A stretch of 63,494 nucleotides of DNA, filler included, from Olpidium bornovanus S191 (GCA_017911155.1; 29 parts of 29 records of this genome joined end to end with filler, not necessarily neighbours in it), one strand, 5' to 3'. Shown: positions 49,041-62,720, counted from the whole stretch's first letter. The notes: generated by a model from the sequence alone, not told the origin. Numbers and translations: made by a program.

Positions 49041-49752
49041 ATGGGGTGGGACGAGCCTAACAAGACTGACTCCGGTGGCGGCTGGGCCTCTGGGGGCGGA
49101 GGCGGAGGCGGGTGGGATTCCGGTGCTGGAGGCAACTCTGGTGACGGCGGCGGCGGCGGGTGGAACTCTGGCGGCGGCGGAGGAGGAGATTCGTGGAGTG
49201 GCGGAGGCAACCAGAGCAATAAAAGCGAAACCTGGAATGGGAGCGGCGGTGGCGCGGACAACAACGGCGGATTCGGAGGGTTCAGTGCCGGCAATAGTGG
49301 AGGAGGGGACGGTGGATACGGCGGTGACGCCTCCGGTGGAGGACGTGGGTTTGGTGGTGACGGCGGTTTCGGTGGAGGTGGATATGGCGGCGGCGGCGGC
49401 GGCGGCGGAGCGTGCCGCAAGTGCAACGAAGAAGGTGAGCGCGAAGTCGTTCGTTTTTGTTCTTTCTTTATCAAGCGTCGTGCGGAGCTTGCTCTTTTGA
49501 AATCTTATCAGATTGTAAACATAGGTCACTTCGCCCGCGAGTGCCCCAACAAGGGCCCAGGCGACGACAACTGTCGTCGCTGCGGCCAACCGTGAGCATC
49601 ACTCTCTGTTGTTGCGGCGTTGGTGCTGCTTCATGCGGTGTCTGCGTTTTTGACAATTTGTTTGCGGCAGCGGCCATTTTGCGAAGGATTGCTCGGAACC
49701 TCCCAAGGACCAGCAATGCCGCCGCTGCGGCGAGATGGGCCACTTTGCTCGG
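49041..49752 (+). CDS. Gly/Trp-rich N-terminus plus repeated CCHC zinc knuckles (CNBP/GLH/CnjB-like nucleic-acid-binding protein), 3' truncated
   Basis: MGWDEPNK...GGW repeats, then CRKCNEE|GHFARECP, CRRCGQP|GHFAKDC and CRRCGEMGHFAR across two GT-AG introns (starting 49435 and about 49593). Confidence 0.85.
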
Positions 49753-49988
49753 NNNNNNNNNNNNNNNNNNNNNNNNNNNNNNNNNNNNNNNNNNNNTTAA
49801 TTAATTAANNNNNNNNNNNNNNNNNNNNNNNNNNNNNNNNNNNNNNNNNNNNATGTTTGGGTGGGCACCGGAGGGGGGGGGGGGGGGGGGGGTTCCGCTC
49901 CGCGCTTCGCTTCTCGGCCCCGCCTGTGGCCCTCCCCCCCCACTCCCCCCGCCTTCCCCCGCTTCCTCTCGCGCGCACGCGACAGCGA

Positions 49989-50250
49989 TGGCGATGAATA
50001 CACTCGAGCACCTCACTCAAGCCAAGTGTGAGGATAATCTCGAGAGGTACATCGAGAACCTCAATTTGCTGTCCCTCTGCCAGATTTGATAACAACCCCG
50101 CCAGTCGACGGAACAAGTGCTGCAGGACAAGGGAAGAAGATTGGGCATATGGCACGTGAATGCCGCGCGCCTCGCGAGGAGCGCAAAACGGAAGAAGTGA
50201 TGACGACCGCGAAGACGGACAACAAACCTGTTAAGACGATAAAGAGTCAA
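49989..50250 (+). pseudogene. Degenerate gag-like remnant with a broken zinc knuckle
   Basis: LEHLTQAKCEDNLERYIENLNLL (gag L.Q....V..Y...F-like), then two stops, then KIGHMARECRAP. Confidence 0.4.
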
Positions 50251-50499
50251 GCCTGCACGCGGCCTGTTTGGCAAAGGATCCTGACCAGAGACGATGCAGC
50301 AGCGCGGGTACGCTCGGCGAAGCGCTAGGATATCCATGGACAGCGGGGCAACCCGGCACATGGTGCCTGTTGGTTTCGCCGTTTGTTTTATTTTTGTTCA
50401 GTAGGTGAAGGGGGCGTGTAGCGGAGTACACCGTGTGGAGTGAAACTACGGTGCAACGTCATGTGACCGTTCTCAACGGCCAACCCCCCCCCCCCCTCC

Positions 50500-52028
50500 T
50501 TCCCCCAGGTGCCGGGAAAGGTCAGGCAGCTCCGTCACGGCATCCGGTGGCCGTTGTCTGCCCGCGCTCCTGCGGCTTCGCATTTGACACTTCCTCCTCA
50601 GGCGGCGATACCCATGGCTTCCCATCCCTGCATAACCGTTCGTACATCACGTCCTTCCAGTTCTTGGGCAATGACTCCAGATATGCCCGCAGCTTATCCG
50701 TAAACGCGAGCCAACTCGGGGGGTCCAGTTCGTTAAAACCTCCTCTTGAGAAGCCCGCAAAATCTCGTAGGGATCCGCCGTCTTCTCGCTCAGGATCCAT
50801 TCCGAAAACCGAACAGCGGTCATCCGGTTCTCGTCCTCGCGGTTGAACTCAGGCGCATAACTTCTCCTTGACAATAGGCCACTCGGCGGTCCAGTCAGTC
50901 TCTTCCAGGATGTCCTGAACGCGTTGCTTGGACTCGGGATGGACGGTTAACAAGAAGGTTCTCCGTTTCTCCGCTCCCGTCGAATCCAACGGCCGAAAAA
51001 ATAGAAGAAACGTCTTTAGATACGCCATAATATTTTTCGTCCGGAGAAAGTCATACTTAGCCACAAACTCGAGCAACGTCGTCTTGATCTCATTCCGTCT
51101 ATGCGTCTCATCAAGTCGCAGTTGGGCTGCTGGAAGCAACTCCTCACCCCTGCGCACCGAGCCGGGGTTGACGTCAGCCCCAGGTCGGTCTGCTATCGAA
51201 GTCGAGAGCCCGGGCTCCAGTGGCTCGTCCTCTTTGGAATCCGACGAAGGCGGCTCCCGCCAAGCCAGATCGTTTTTTCCGAGTGCCCATAATAAAGGTC
51301 GGTAGTCCTCTCTTGTGTCTCGTTGTCACACTGCCCGGATCCTGCGTTCTGCTGTGCGTTGAACCTTGTTTTCGTCGCCCGATCTCGCCGTCTCTCGTCG
51401 TTGCTCGTCCTTGCCGTCGCTCGTTACTGTCGCCGTCCCACGTTGAAGGTTTTCGCCGCCGTATATCGGTTCTCGCCGCCGTATATCGGTTCTCGCCGGT
51501 CGCCGTCACTGGGGCCCGTCGTCACCCCTTTACAGTCGCATCGCACCCCTGACCGTCTCGACCACCCTGCGCCCCGAGCCCACAAGTGCCTTCTAGCCCT
51601 GGATCGCCAACTGTTGGGAAGGAAAAGCAGCTCTCGGGGCGACGCAGGGCCTTTTACTTGCAGGACACGTTTAGTCCTCTTTCTTTTCGTTTTCTTTTCT
51701 TTACGCGTGCGGGATTTCTCGTTCGGGTAGGGCGTAAAGAGGAATGAACGGGGAAGGGGGGGATGCGTCGTTGCGGGCAATGGTCGCTCGTATGGGGGGG
51801 GGGCGGAAAGAAACTGTTTGCGACGCGTCGTACGGGTCACGTGCCAGCCCCAAGACGGGTAGTGGATTCCCGGACTAGTTATTTGGGGTTTCGTCAATGA
51901 GTTTTGGAATTACGCAACCCGTCTTTCCCTTCTCATTTCCCGCGTCGTCGTTTCTCAACGCCTCTACGTACCCGACGAGGGAGTGCTATGATTTGAATTA
52001 ATCCAAGCGGTACACAACCTGATACATG
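50500..52028 (-). mobile_element. 5' portion of an LTR retrotransposon: partial LTR, PBS, 5' leader with a 20-bp tandem repeat, and frameshifted gag
   Basis: The minus strand reads ...cccAACA-gt-TGGCGATCC; the leader has (tcgccgccgtatatcggttc)x2; gag-like KYDFLRTKNIMAYLKTF...WPIVKEKLCA/EFNREDENRM...FNELDPPSWLAFTDKLRAYLESLP is spread over three frames. Confidence 0.5.
51601..51609 (-). promoter_or_regulatory. Candidate tRNA primer-binding site (TGGCGATCC)
   Basis: Lies 2 nt after a putative LTR end (AACA at 51615-51612). It would pair with a tRNA ending ...GGAUCG-CCA, as I recall for some fungal tRNA-Arg(ACG). Confidence 0.45.
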
Positions 52029-52212
52029 NNNNNNNNNNNNNNNNNNNNNNNNNNNNNNNNNNNNNNNNNNNNTTAATTAATTAANNNNNNNNNNNNNNNN
52101 NNNNNNNNNNNNNNNNNNNNNNNNNNNNCCCCTTTGTGTTTTTTTTTTTTTTTTTTTTTTTTGGCGCGGGCTTTCTTCATCATCCCAGGCGAGCATCCGG
52201 GCGCGGAACTTA

Positions 52213-53463
52213 CGAGCAGTTGCGGCCGATCGGCGACACGTTGATCATTCCGTTACGAAACTCCACGAACGTCCCGCTGGCAGACGCGCCTCGCGCGGCG
52301 TCAGCGGTCGGCCCCGAAGCGGGGCGGGCTGGCGCGCGCGCGGGCCTCCCTCCCCCCCGGCGTACCGCTTTATAGGTATGTCCAGGTTTGCGATGTACCG
52401 GAGTATCCAGTTGACGATCTCCTTGTACCGCTCCTCGCCGATGTGGCGGATAAAGCTCTGCGGAAATCAGGGAAAAAGGAAGGCCGGTCATGAAGATCAC
52501 GGCAAAAGGAAAACCTAGGGTGGCCTCGACGCCGCCCCGGAGGGGGGCGACTTGGGCTCGGCAAGGACGCCGCAACGCGTGGGGGGGAGGGGGAGGCACC
52601 TGTGAAGCCAGCTCCTTGCCGTTGCGATACGCGATGAGGCCGTTCTCAGCAAACCCGTAGTCGAAACGTTCCAGGACTTCGGGACCGCGCAGACGAGGAA
52701 GAGCCGCCGGCCGCCGCCGCCGCCGAACGCCGCGTCAACCGCCGAACCCCCGAGCGCCCGCGGCGCAACGCCGGCCCGTTCTCCGAAAAAGAGAGGGAAA
52801 AAAACCCCCGAAAAACAAAAAAAAACCGTTGGTTCGCGGGGGTAGGGGGGGAGGGGGGGGGCTAACCGTCTTCGCCGAGCTGCTCCTTCTGCTTGGCGAG
52901 GTCCGATCCTCCGACAAAGCCGACGACGGCAACCTTCCGCAGTTTCTCCAGCACCTCCAGCATGTCGGGCTTCACCGACTTCTCGCCCGCCCGCGCGCGG
53001 CGGAGTTGAACCGCGAGAAAACAGACGGGATTTTCAGGCCGGACGATGGAGCAGCAGCCAAACGGGCTTCAGTTCGTCGTACGCGATTGATTTCGGTTCC
53101 CCCCCCCCTCCCCCCTTTCCCTTCCATCCCCTCGAGGTCGCGACGGCCCAGAAACCAACACAGGCGCAGCGACGCGAAAAAAAGAAACGACGCGCACCCC
53201 GCCGCTTTCCGCGCGGGAGTCGGCCGTCCCCGCCCGCGGATCGGTTTTAACCCGCGGGTTCCCCCCCCCCCCCCCCCCCACGCCCCCCCCTCCCCCCCCC
53301 CCCCCACCCCTCATCCCCTCATTTCCCTCAGCCCCTTCCGGCACCCACTCGGCCCCGAAAACGCACCCACCTTCCTCGCGGCGGTGAGGGTCCCGTCGAC
53401 GTCGAAGAGGACCAGGGTGTCCGGCCGCTGGCGGTCGGCGTACTCGAGGTTGGCGGCTGTCAT
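52213..53463 (-). CDS. SEC53: Eukaryotic phosphomannomutase (HAD family), N-terminal exons
   Basis: [15 protein letters not shown] / [17 protein letters not shown] / [13 protein letters not shown] / [18 protein letters not shown] / [21 protein letters not shown]. Confidence 0.97.
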
Positions 53464-54215
53464 TTTCTTTTTTTTTTTTTTTTTTTCTCTCCCCGGCGCG
53501 GTTTTTTTGGGGCGCGCGGCCGGGGCCGACTTTCGCTTCGGTCGGAGTTTTCGCGTCCGGGATTTTTCCCCGCCTCCCCGCCCTTCCCTCCCGGGGAAAA
53601 AAACGCCTTGCGCTCGCCGAGAATATTTTACGCGCGGGCAGGGGCGGTGAACCCCCCCCCCCCCCCCTTCCCCCCCCCCCCCCCCCCCCCCACCCCCCCC
53701 CGCCCCCCCCCCCGCGCGCGCGNNNNNNNNNNNNNNNNNNNNNNNNNNNNNNNNNNNNNNNNNNNNTTAATTAATTAANNNNNNNNNNNNNNNNNNNNNN
53801 NNNNNNNNNNNNNNNNNNNNNNCATGATTGAGAGCCATCAAGTTCACAAACGAGAAGTTTAATATGCAAACGAAGCGTGATTTCGGAGGCGTCAAAAACA
53901 AGCGCAAATCGGCCATACCTTTAAATTTTGCGGCGTCAAAAGAAAAAAGTACGCCGTGGGCCGCGAAAGAGAAAAATAAAATAAAATAAAATAAAGAAGG
54001 GCTTTCAGCGTCACAGCCGTGCACGCTATGCCGTGGTATTCGCGCCGTATGGGGCCTGGCGGGGGATACATGCAACCTCGGACCGGCCGGGGATGCCTTG
54101 GGGAAAGCGAACTTTGATGACGCAGCACAACCAAAAAGCCACTCTGCGAAAAACGCCACGCCGCGCGAGCTTGAACCTTTGTGGCCACCCGCGGCCAAGA
54201 CCGTCGCAGACCACA

Positions 54216-56100
<1,885 letters not shown>

Positions 56101-56225
56101 TGAGGTTTTGTATTTCATCTAACGGNNNNNNNNNNNNNNNNNNNNNNNNNNNNNNNNNNNNNNNNNNNNTTAATTAATTAANNNNNNNNNNNNNNNNNNN
56201 NNNNNNNNNNNNNNNNNNNNNNNNN

Positions 56226-58136
56226 CGAAACCAAGGAAGACGCGTCGAGTGATTTGGAAGAGCGGGTCGAATGCGTGCTACGGTCCGCGGCGGCGGCCGG
56301 GATTGCGCTCGACAGGAATGCCCTAGATCAACTGGCTGCGATCATGAAGAACCATGCCATCGCGGCGTACCCTTTTTACCGGCTAGACGTCCCCGTCCTG
56401 ACGGCGCGCGAGATGTTCATGGAAAACCCTCTCAAGTTGGAAGCTATTGACCTGCTGGTCGCCCGCCTGACACACACATCGTCCCTCGGCGATGAGCCCC
56501 TGGTGCCTATTTACCGGACTGGACCATTCGTGGACATCAGCGAAGGGCCGCACGTACGCACGACAAAACAGCTTGCTCATTGCCTCCTAACAAACTCCTC
56601 TAGCGTGTATTGGCCACCGGCCGTAGATCGCGCGGGTGGTAACATAGCCGCATCTGCGCAGGGCCTGCGTCGCGTGTTCGCTGCGGCCTTCCCTAGCGCG
56701 AAGGCTCTTGACGCGTGGCAAGCGGAGCGTGAGGAGGCTGCCCGGCGCGACCACCGGCTTATCGGCCGCCGACAGGAGTTGTTCTGTTTCCATCCGTCCA
56801 GCCCGGGGTCTGCGTTTTTCCTTCCGCACGGAGTGCGCATCGTGTCTAAGCTTCTGGAGATGATTCGCGACGAGTACCGCCGTCGCGGCTTTGACGAGGT
56901 CATGACACCGCAATTGTACAAGCGGGATTTGTGGAAGCGATCGGGCCATTGGGAAAATTACAAGGACGACATGTTCACCGTTGTCTGCGGCGACGGGAAG
57001 GATGTGGGAGGGAGTGGGTGTGCTGGAGAAGAAACGCGCGACGAGTACGGGCTGAAGCCCATGAATTGTCCGGGTCATTGCCTGCTGTTTGCGGAGACCC
57101 AACGGTCCCACCGTGATTTGCCCATCCGGCTCGCAGATTTCAGTGCTCTCCACCGGTACGACGCTGTTTTTGGGCGTCATCCTTTCTTCCGAGAACCGCG
57201 ATTGACCCTTTGATCCGGCGTTTTGCCCTTTAAAGAAATGAGGCGGCGGCCACCTCGGGCCTGGCACGCGTTCGGCGTTTCCACCAGGACGACGCGCACA
57301 TTTTCTGCACGGAAGCGCAGATCTCCTCGGAGATCTCCTCGACGCTCGACTTCATCCATACTGTCTACGCTCGCTTAGGCCTCCCATCGTACAACCTGTA
57401 CCTTTCCACGCGGCCGACCTCGCACATCGGCACGGGGTCGGAGTGGGACAACGCCGAGGGTGCGCTGCGTGAGGCGCTGAATGGCACTGGCCGTCCCTGG
57501 GAGGAACGTGCCGGCGATGGCGCGTTCTACGGTCCCAAGATCGACGTGGTCGTCCGCGACGCTGTAAACCGGCAACATCAGACGGCTACAGTGCAGCTGG
57601 ACTTCCAGCTGCCTTCGCGGTTCGACCTCGAGTACGTGGACGCCGGCGGTATGCGGCGGAAGCCAGTGATCATCCATCGCGCAGTGCTCGGTAGCCTGGA
57701 GCGCGCTATGGCCATCTTGATCGAGCACACGGCGGGCAAGTGGCCGTTCTGGATATCCCCGCGCCAGGCCCTCGTCGTGCCCGTATCGCCGGCGTTCAAC
57801 GCGTACGCAGGGCAGGTGTGCGAGACGCTGAGGACGGCTGGCGGCAGGCCCCGCAGGGCGTACCACGTCGACTTAGCGGACATCGAGCACGGCCAGCACT
57901 TATCGAAGCAGGTGTTCGAGGCCCAACAGATCGGATACAATTACGTGCTCGTCGTCGGGGAGAGGGAGCAGACGAGCGGGACGGTCACCGTCAGGAAGAG
58001 GGGCGACGGGGCCGGCGGGAAATTGTCTGCCGCGTCTTCCCAAGTGAAGAGGAAAGACACCTCCAGGAACCTGGGGGAGATGCGTGTGGATGAAGTGCTG
58101 GACATGTTTGTAAAGCTTGAGGATGAGTATTTGTGA
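56226..58136 (+). CDS. MST1: Threonyl-tRNA synthetase, mitochondrial type (5' truncated)
   Basis: RDHRLIG...SPGSAFFLPHG; SGHWENYKDDMF; LKPMNCPGHC; LPIRLADFSALHR|NE...RVRRFHQDDAHIFC; GAFYGPKID; TVQLDFQLP; IHRAVLGSLER; KWPFWISPRQ; anticodon-binding domain. The RFHQDD variant resembles mitochondrial ThrRS. Identity as ThrRS is near-certain; the compartment is inferred. Confidence 0.9.
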
Positions 58137-60623
58137 TGGAAGGTTTTAAAAGCAGAGCAAAGCAGAGCAGGACGCCTCTTTGCCCGACTATTAAATAGAC
58201 GCATTCCCTCAGAAGGAAGTTTTGGGCCAGACTTCCACAGGAATCCACCATGATGTGGGGGTGGGAAAACGGTAAATTATATATACATCTCCCGTTACTT
58301 CCCACTTAAACGCCTGCCCCTCACCTGTACTCCAAACTCGCAAACCGCCGCTGCGTGGGAGACGCTTTTCTCCACCCACGCGTGCGAATGCGGTCAAGCA
58401 CAAGAGCTTGTCGCAAATATCGGTTTAATCGGGATCCGGTGTCACCTGGCAGGAAAGGAGGAGACTAATACAGATTATTACTAACCTTAAGCTAAGCGTG
58501 CTTTTGCTGGAGCGCGGAACAGTCTGGCGAGGATGGTCGGTCAGCCGGAGTCGGATGGGTGGTCGGTCGGTCACGTGGAGTCGGGTTGGGTGGGTCGGTC
58601 ATCCGGCCGTTCCCGTTTGTCGTGTGGAGAGTTTGCCGTCACGTGATCGTTTTCCGGGAGCCGCCAGCGAACGTAAAGGGATAATTTTCCGTTCCGGAAC
58701 CTGCGAAATAAACGAAGATCCTGGCCCTAGCGATATTCGAAGAAGTCAGGGCTAGCGTATACAAAAAGGCAGGTACCATTGCAAAACCGGAGATCATTTT
58801 GTAAAACCACTGGGAATTAGTAATTGTTGGTACTCAAGCCCTCTTCCCGCTACCCTCCGAAAGTAGTTACCACAACCCGAACCGAAAGTAAACCAAACAA
58901 CATAACCAAACCACAGGTTATGAGCCCAACGGTGCCCTGCCTGTGAACGAACGCTCCCGAAGAGCGTGAACACCATCNNNNNNNNNNNNNNNNNNNNNNN
59001 NNNNNNNNNNNNNNNNNNNNNTTAATTAATTAANNNNNNNNNNNNNNNNNNNNNNNNNNNNNNNNNNNNNNNNNNNNAAAAAGCAAAAAGAAAAAAAAAA
59101 AACAAAAAAGGGGAAAAAAGCTGTGGGAAGGTTTTGGTGAGTCAGTCTAAATTTATGCGGCCAACGAAAGTCGAACCCGGAGACACCAACGCAACCTCCC
59201 ACCTGGATCAACACTTTGAGTGAAAGATTGTACTGCCAACTTTTTTTGTTTTTGCAGAAAAGGCGAGTGAGCCAAACTTTGGAAGCGGGCAACAACTCCT
59301 GAAGCAGTCATGCGCGCGTCACTCACGTAAACTGTTTTCGGCATTTTGCGGCTGGGTGTCAGCGGCGGCGTAGACGCGTTTTCGGACGGATGCGTGGGCG
59401 CGAGTCGTCACAGCGGTGGTACTGGCCCGCACCGCGTGCATGGGTGCATGTCAATGCGACTGCATGAGTGCATGTCAATGCGTCGGATGCCTATAGAATT
59501 CGTTACTTGTGGGAGGGAAGACGAGGGGGCGCGAGGCGGAGAGGAGGGGGCAGCGGCTGGATGGTTTCAGAAGGGGGGGAAGAGTAAACTCAGTTTGCCC
59601 ATTTGCGCTTCCCGCGAGGCGAGTTGTGCACGCGCATTCCTCTGCTCTATTCGCTCCCTTGTGAGTGCTTCCCGGCGTGTTTCCACGCTCTCCGTGGTTG
59701 CCGCGTCGGGGGCTCGGGAGGCGGAACCCCATCTCCGCGAGTGCCGCGGCGCGGAAGGCGGAGCGATTTCGTTTTCTCAGAAAGGTGGGAGAGGGGGGGA
59801 CTTCGGGTGCGCTTTGGGCGCATAACGTACGGTTGCCCGTTTTGGTTGCGAAGAGCCTTTTTGTTTAGTCTGGCGGGAGGGAGGGGGGGTGTGAGGGAGG
59901 AGGCGGGTCAACACCCGGGCATTTTCTCACACGGGATCGTTCCAGATGTACAGCTGCTTGTTGCTTCCACGTTCGACGACGACTTCGGCTTTGGTGCGGT
60001 GCTCTCGTTTAGCGTCGACAACAACCCCCCCCGCCGCGTCCGCCACGAGGCACATTGGCTGGTTGCAGCGCATACATCTACGGTCCCCCACCAGTAAGGG
60101 CCGGCATGCATCTACCCCCCCACCCCCTCCTCCAAAATATGGTCTGCCACCTGAGTTTATTTTTTCGTTTTAATTCGTATCTTTGGCTTTTGGAAGATGG
60201 GCGGGTCCATCTTTTTCGGTCCATCACCCGGTATTTACATTACTCGCCCCTTTCGACAAGCGCATTGATAATGCGCACTTCTGTCAACGCACAAAGGCGC
60301 CTTTTTCAATGGTCATACAGGAGATGATTTGGCTTTGAGCCACTCCTCCAAGGCGTTCCGGCGGGGAGTTTGGGGCAAACATCATCCCCTGAACACGCGA
60401 TTCATGGTCAGAGAGGACCGTGAGATGGAACACTTCTGCTGCATTTTGCCGTGAATAACGGCCGGCGTCGGCGGGCCCCGAGAAACCGGAGACGCTTCCC
60501 AAAGTGACCGAGGAGAAACTACTNNNNNNNNNNNNNNNNNNNNNNNNNNNNNNNNNNNNNNNNNNNNTTAATTAATTAANNNNNNNNNNNNNNNNNNNNN
60601 NNNNNNNNNNNNNNNNNNNNNNN

Positions 60624-62017
60624 CATGGCGACCACTGTCACGCCGTCGAAGACCCAAGCGAGTATGCCGCCGGCGAGATCGTATCCCGAGAGAGCGTCGT
60701 CGAGGTCCGTGATGCGCTCCCAGTCGATTATCGAAGAGATCCGCTGCTTGATGCGGCGGATGTCGGCGCGCTGGGCGGCGGGCGACAACTGGAGAACCAT
60801 CTTGTCGAAAGGCACGTCGCCCACGGAGGCGACGCGGCCGCGCGAGAGGGTGACGTACTCGGGGATGGAGACCATCATTTCCTGCACGCGTCTCTGCTTC
60901 CGGGCGGAGGCCGTGAAGAAAGGCATGCCGGCGGCGAAGGCCAGAACCCGGAAAGCGACGGGCTCAAGGTTCTGCGGCTCCGTCGGGAGGTCTGTCCACC
61001 GTGGGGTCATGCCCAGGAGCACCAAGTCGCTCATGTTCGGGCTGACCAACTGCAGCGCGTCCCGGAAGTACGCGCCCATGACCGCCGACCTGGAGCCCTT
61101 GGCGGTATACAGCTGCTCCGTTAGCAGCGGGTAGGCGGCCGCCAACGTCGGGTCCTGTTGCGTGATTTGCAGGAATTCGTCCCCATCTTTCGCTACCTCT
61201 AAGAGATTTGGCGTCACGCCGTACACCTTCTGCGGAAACGACGCGATCTGACCCGCGTTGGAGATCGTGGTCGCCCCGCCGGTGTCCACCCACAGTTCGT
61301 CGAGCGCGTACGTTACCCACGCATACCCCGTCACCAGCGGCTCCTCTTCTGCCATGGCCTCGAGTTCGTGCACTCGAGTAATGCCAGCAGCGGAGCCGTC
61401 GGCGTAGTAGGCGCTAGCATATACGGTCAGCGACGTTCCGATCTCCCGTGCCTTCCTTTTTTTTGTGGACGAAAAAGTGACCCAGTTTATCAACCGCCTG
61501 ACGGGCCCGGTGCATAACGTCGTCGCTCTGTACTTACGAGTACGTGAGCGAGCGCAGCTCGACTTGTACCGACACGCTGATGAAAAGGATAAATCCCAAC
61601 GAAAGCGCAAACCTACAGGGAGCCGGGTAAAGCGATTCCGCGTTCGGCGTTCGTTACCTCGATTGGCACAATCTCATACGGGCTTTCCGAGGAAACTGGG
61701 ATTCAGCAGTCCGCGACGCCGGAGACTGACATGATCGTGGTTTTCCGGTTCCGCATGCGATGCGCGATCAGGTTCTTGACCACGACGTGGCGCATCGCTT
61801 TGTTCTCCAGCCGAAGCACGGACGAGAACATGAGGGCGACCTGGAAGCGCTCAAGGACAGGCTGCAAGTTGAGCGAGGCGATGGCAAGTCCGAGAATCAT
61901 GGCCAGCATAACCACGAGGAGCAGGTCGAATAACAGGGAGATATTTGCCGAGATCAGCGCGTTCGGTATGAGGTAGTAGGCCAGAAAGCCGAACGTAGTT
62001 AGCAAACCGCCTGTGAG
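60624..62017 (-). CDS. Eukaryotic FtsX/MacB-like ABC-transporter permease family protein, internal fragment
   Basis: TFGFLAYYLIPNALISANISLLFDLLLVVMLAMILGLAIASLNLQPVLER...VVVKNLIAHRMRNRKTTIM, then a large soluble region (EQLYT..GSRSAVMG, FAAGMPFF), then GILAWVFDGVTVVAM. This matches the large two-repeat FtsX-like proteins of amoebae, ciliates and basal fungi as I recall them. Confidence 0.75.
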
Positions 62018-62117
62018 NNNNNNNNNNNNNNNNNNNNNNNNNNNNNNNNNNNNNNNNNNNNTTAATTAATTAANNNNNNNNNNNNNNNNNNNNNNNNNNN
62101 NNNNNNNNNNNNNNNNN

Positions 62118-62720
62118 CATGTCGCAGTCGCCGACGGCGGCGCTGCGGGCGGCGATGTTGCGGACGCTGCTGACCCGGTTCGCCAGGACGATGTAAGTGA
62201 AGAACCGCCAGTTGATGATCACGTCGAAGGCGGTCGGGACGCCGACCAGGTGCACGACGAACGGCCGCGCGAAGCCGATCAGGCACACGCCGTCGCCCGG
62301 CGAGAGGAACGTCCAGGTGGCCAGGTTGAACCAGACCACCACGGCGGGGACGTAGGCGCAAAGGACGCCGAGGACGGCGAAGTCAAAATTCCGCGAGGCG
62401 CGCGGCGCCGTCCCGTGCACGAGGACGACGCGCAGCATGAAGTACACCCGCATCATCCCCGCCATGACCCAGTAGCAGCTCCCCGCTGTGCCGTGCAGCG
62501 CCGCGCACCCGGCCTCGGTCCGGCCGGCCAGGAACAGCTGGCACGCCGTGGAGATCACCGCCAGCACGTTGCACAGCACCGGGATGCCGTGCATCGCCGC
62601 CCACTGCGGCGACGACAGCTTCGACGCCAGCTTGGGCGTCCGGAGCACCAGCGCAGAGAACGCCGCGAGCGAGGCGGCGTCGAACGCCAGCAGGACGGAG
62701 ACCTCGGCCTCGTAGGGCAT
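62118..62720 (-). CDS. GPCR-like multi-pass membrane protein, TM1-TM5 (3' truncated)
   Basis: Intronless MPYEAEVSVLLAFDAASLAAFSALVL...; Cys at the start of TM3 (EAGCAAL), YFMLRV at the end of TM3, Cys in loop 2 (GDGVCLIG), TM5 PTAFDVIINWRFFTYIV. Confidence 0.6.

Noticed and set aside
59437-59484. 24-bp tandem repeat rich in CATG
   Set aside because: Only two imperfect copies with no associated structure. Other ORFs in contigs 14, 17, 20 and 27 were likewise unassignable.
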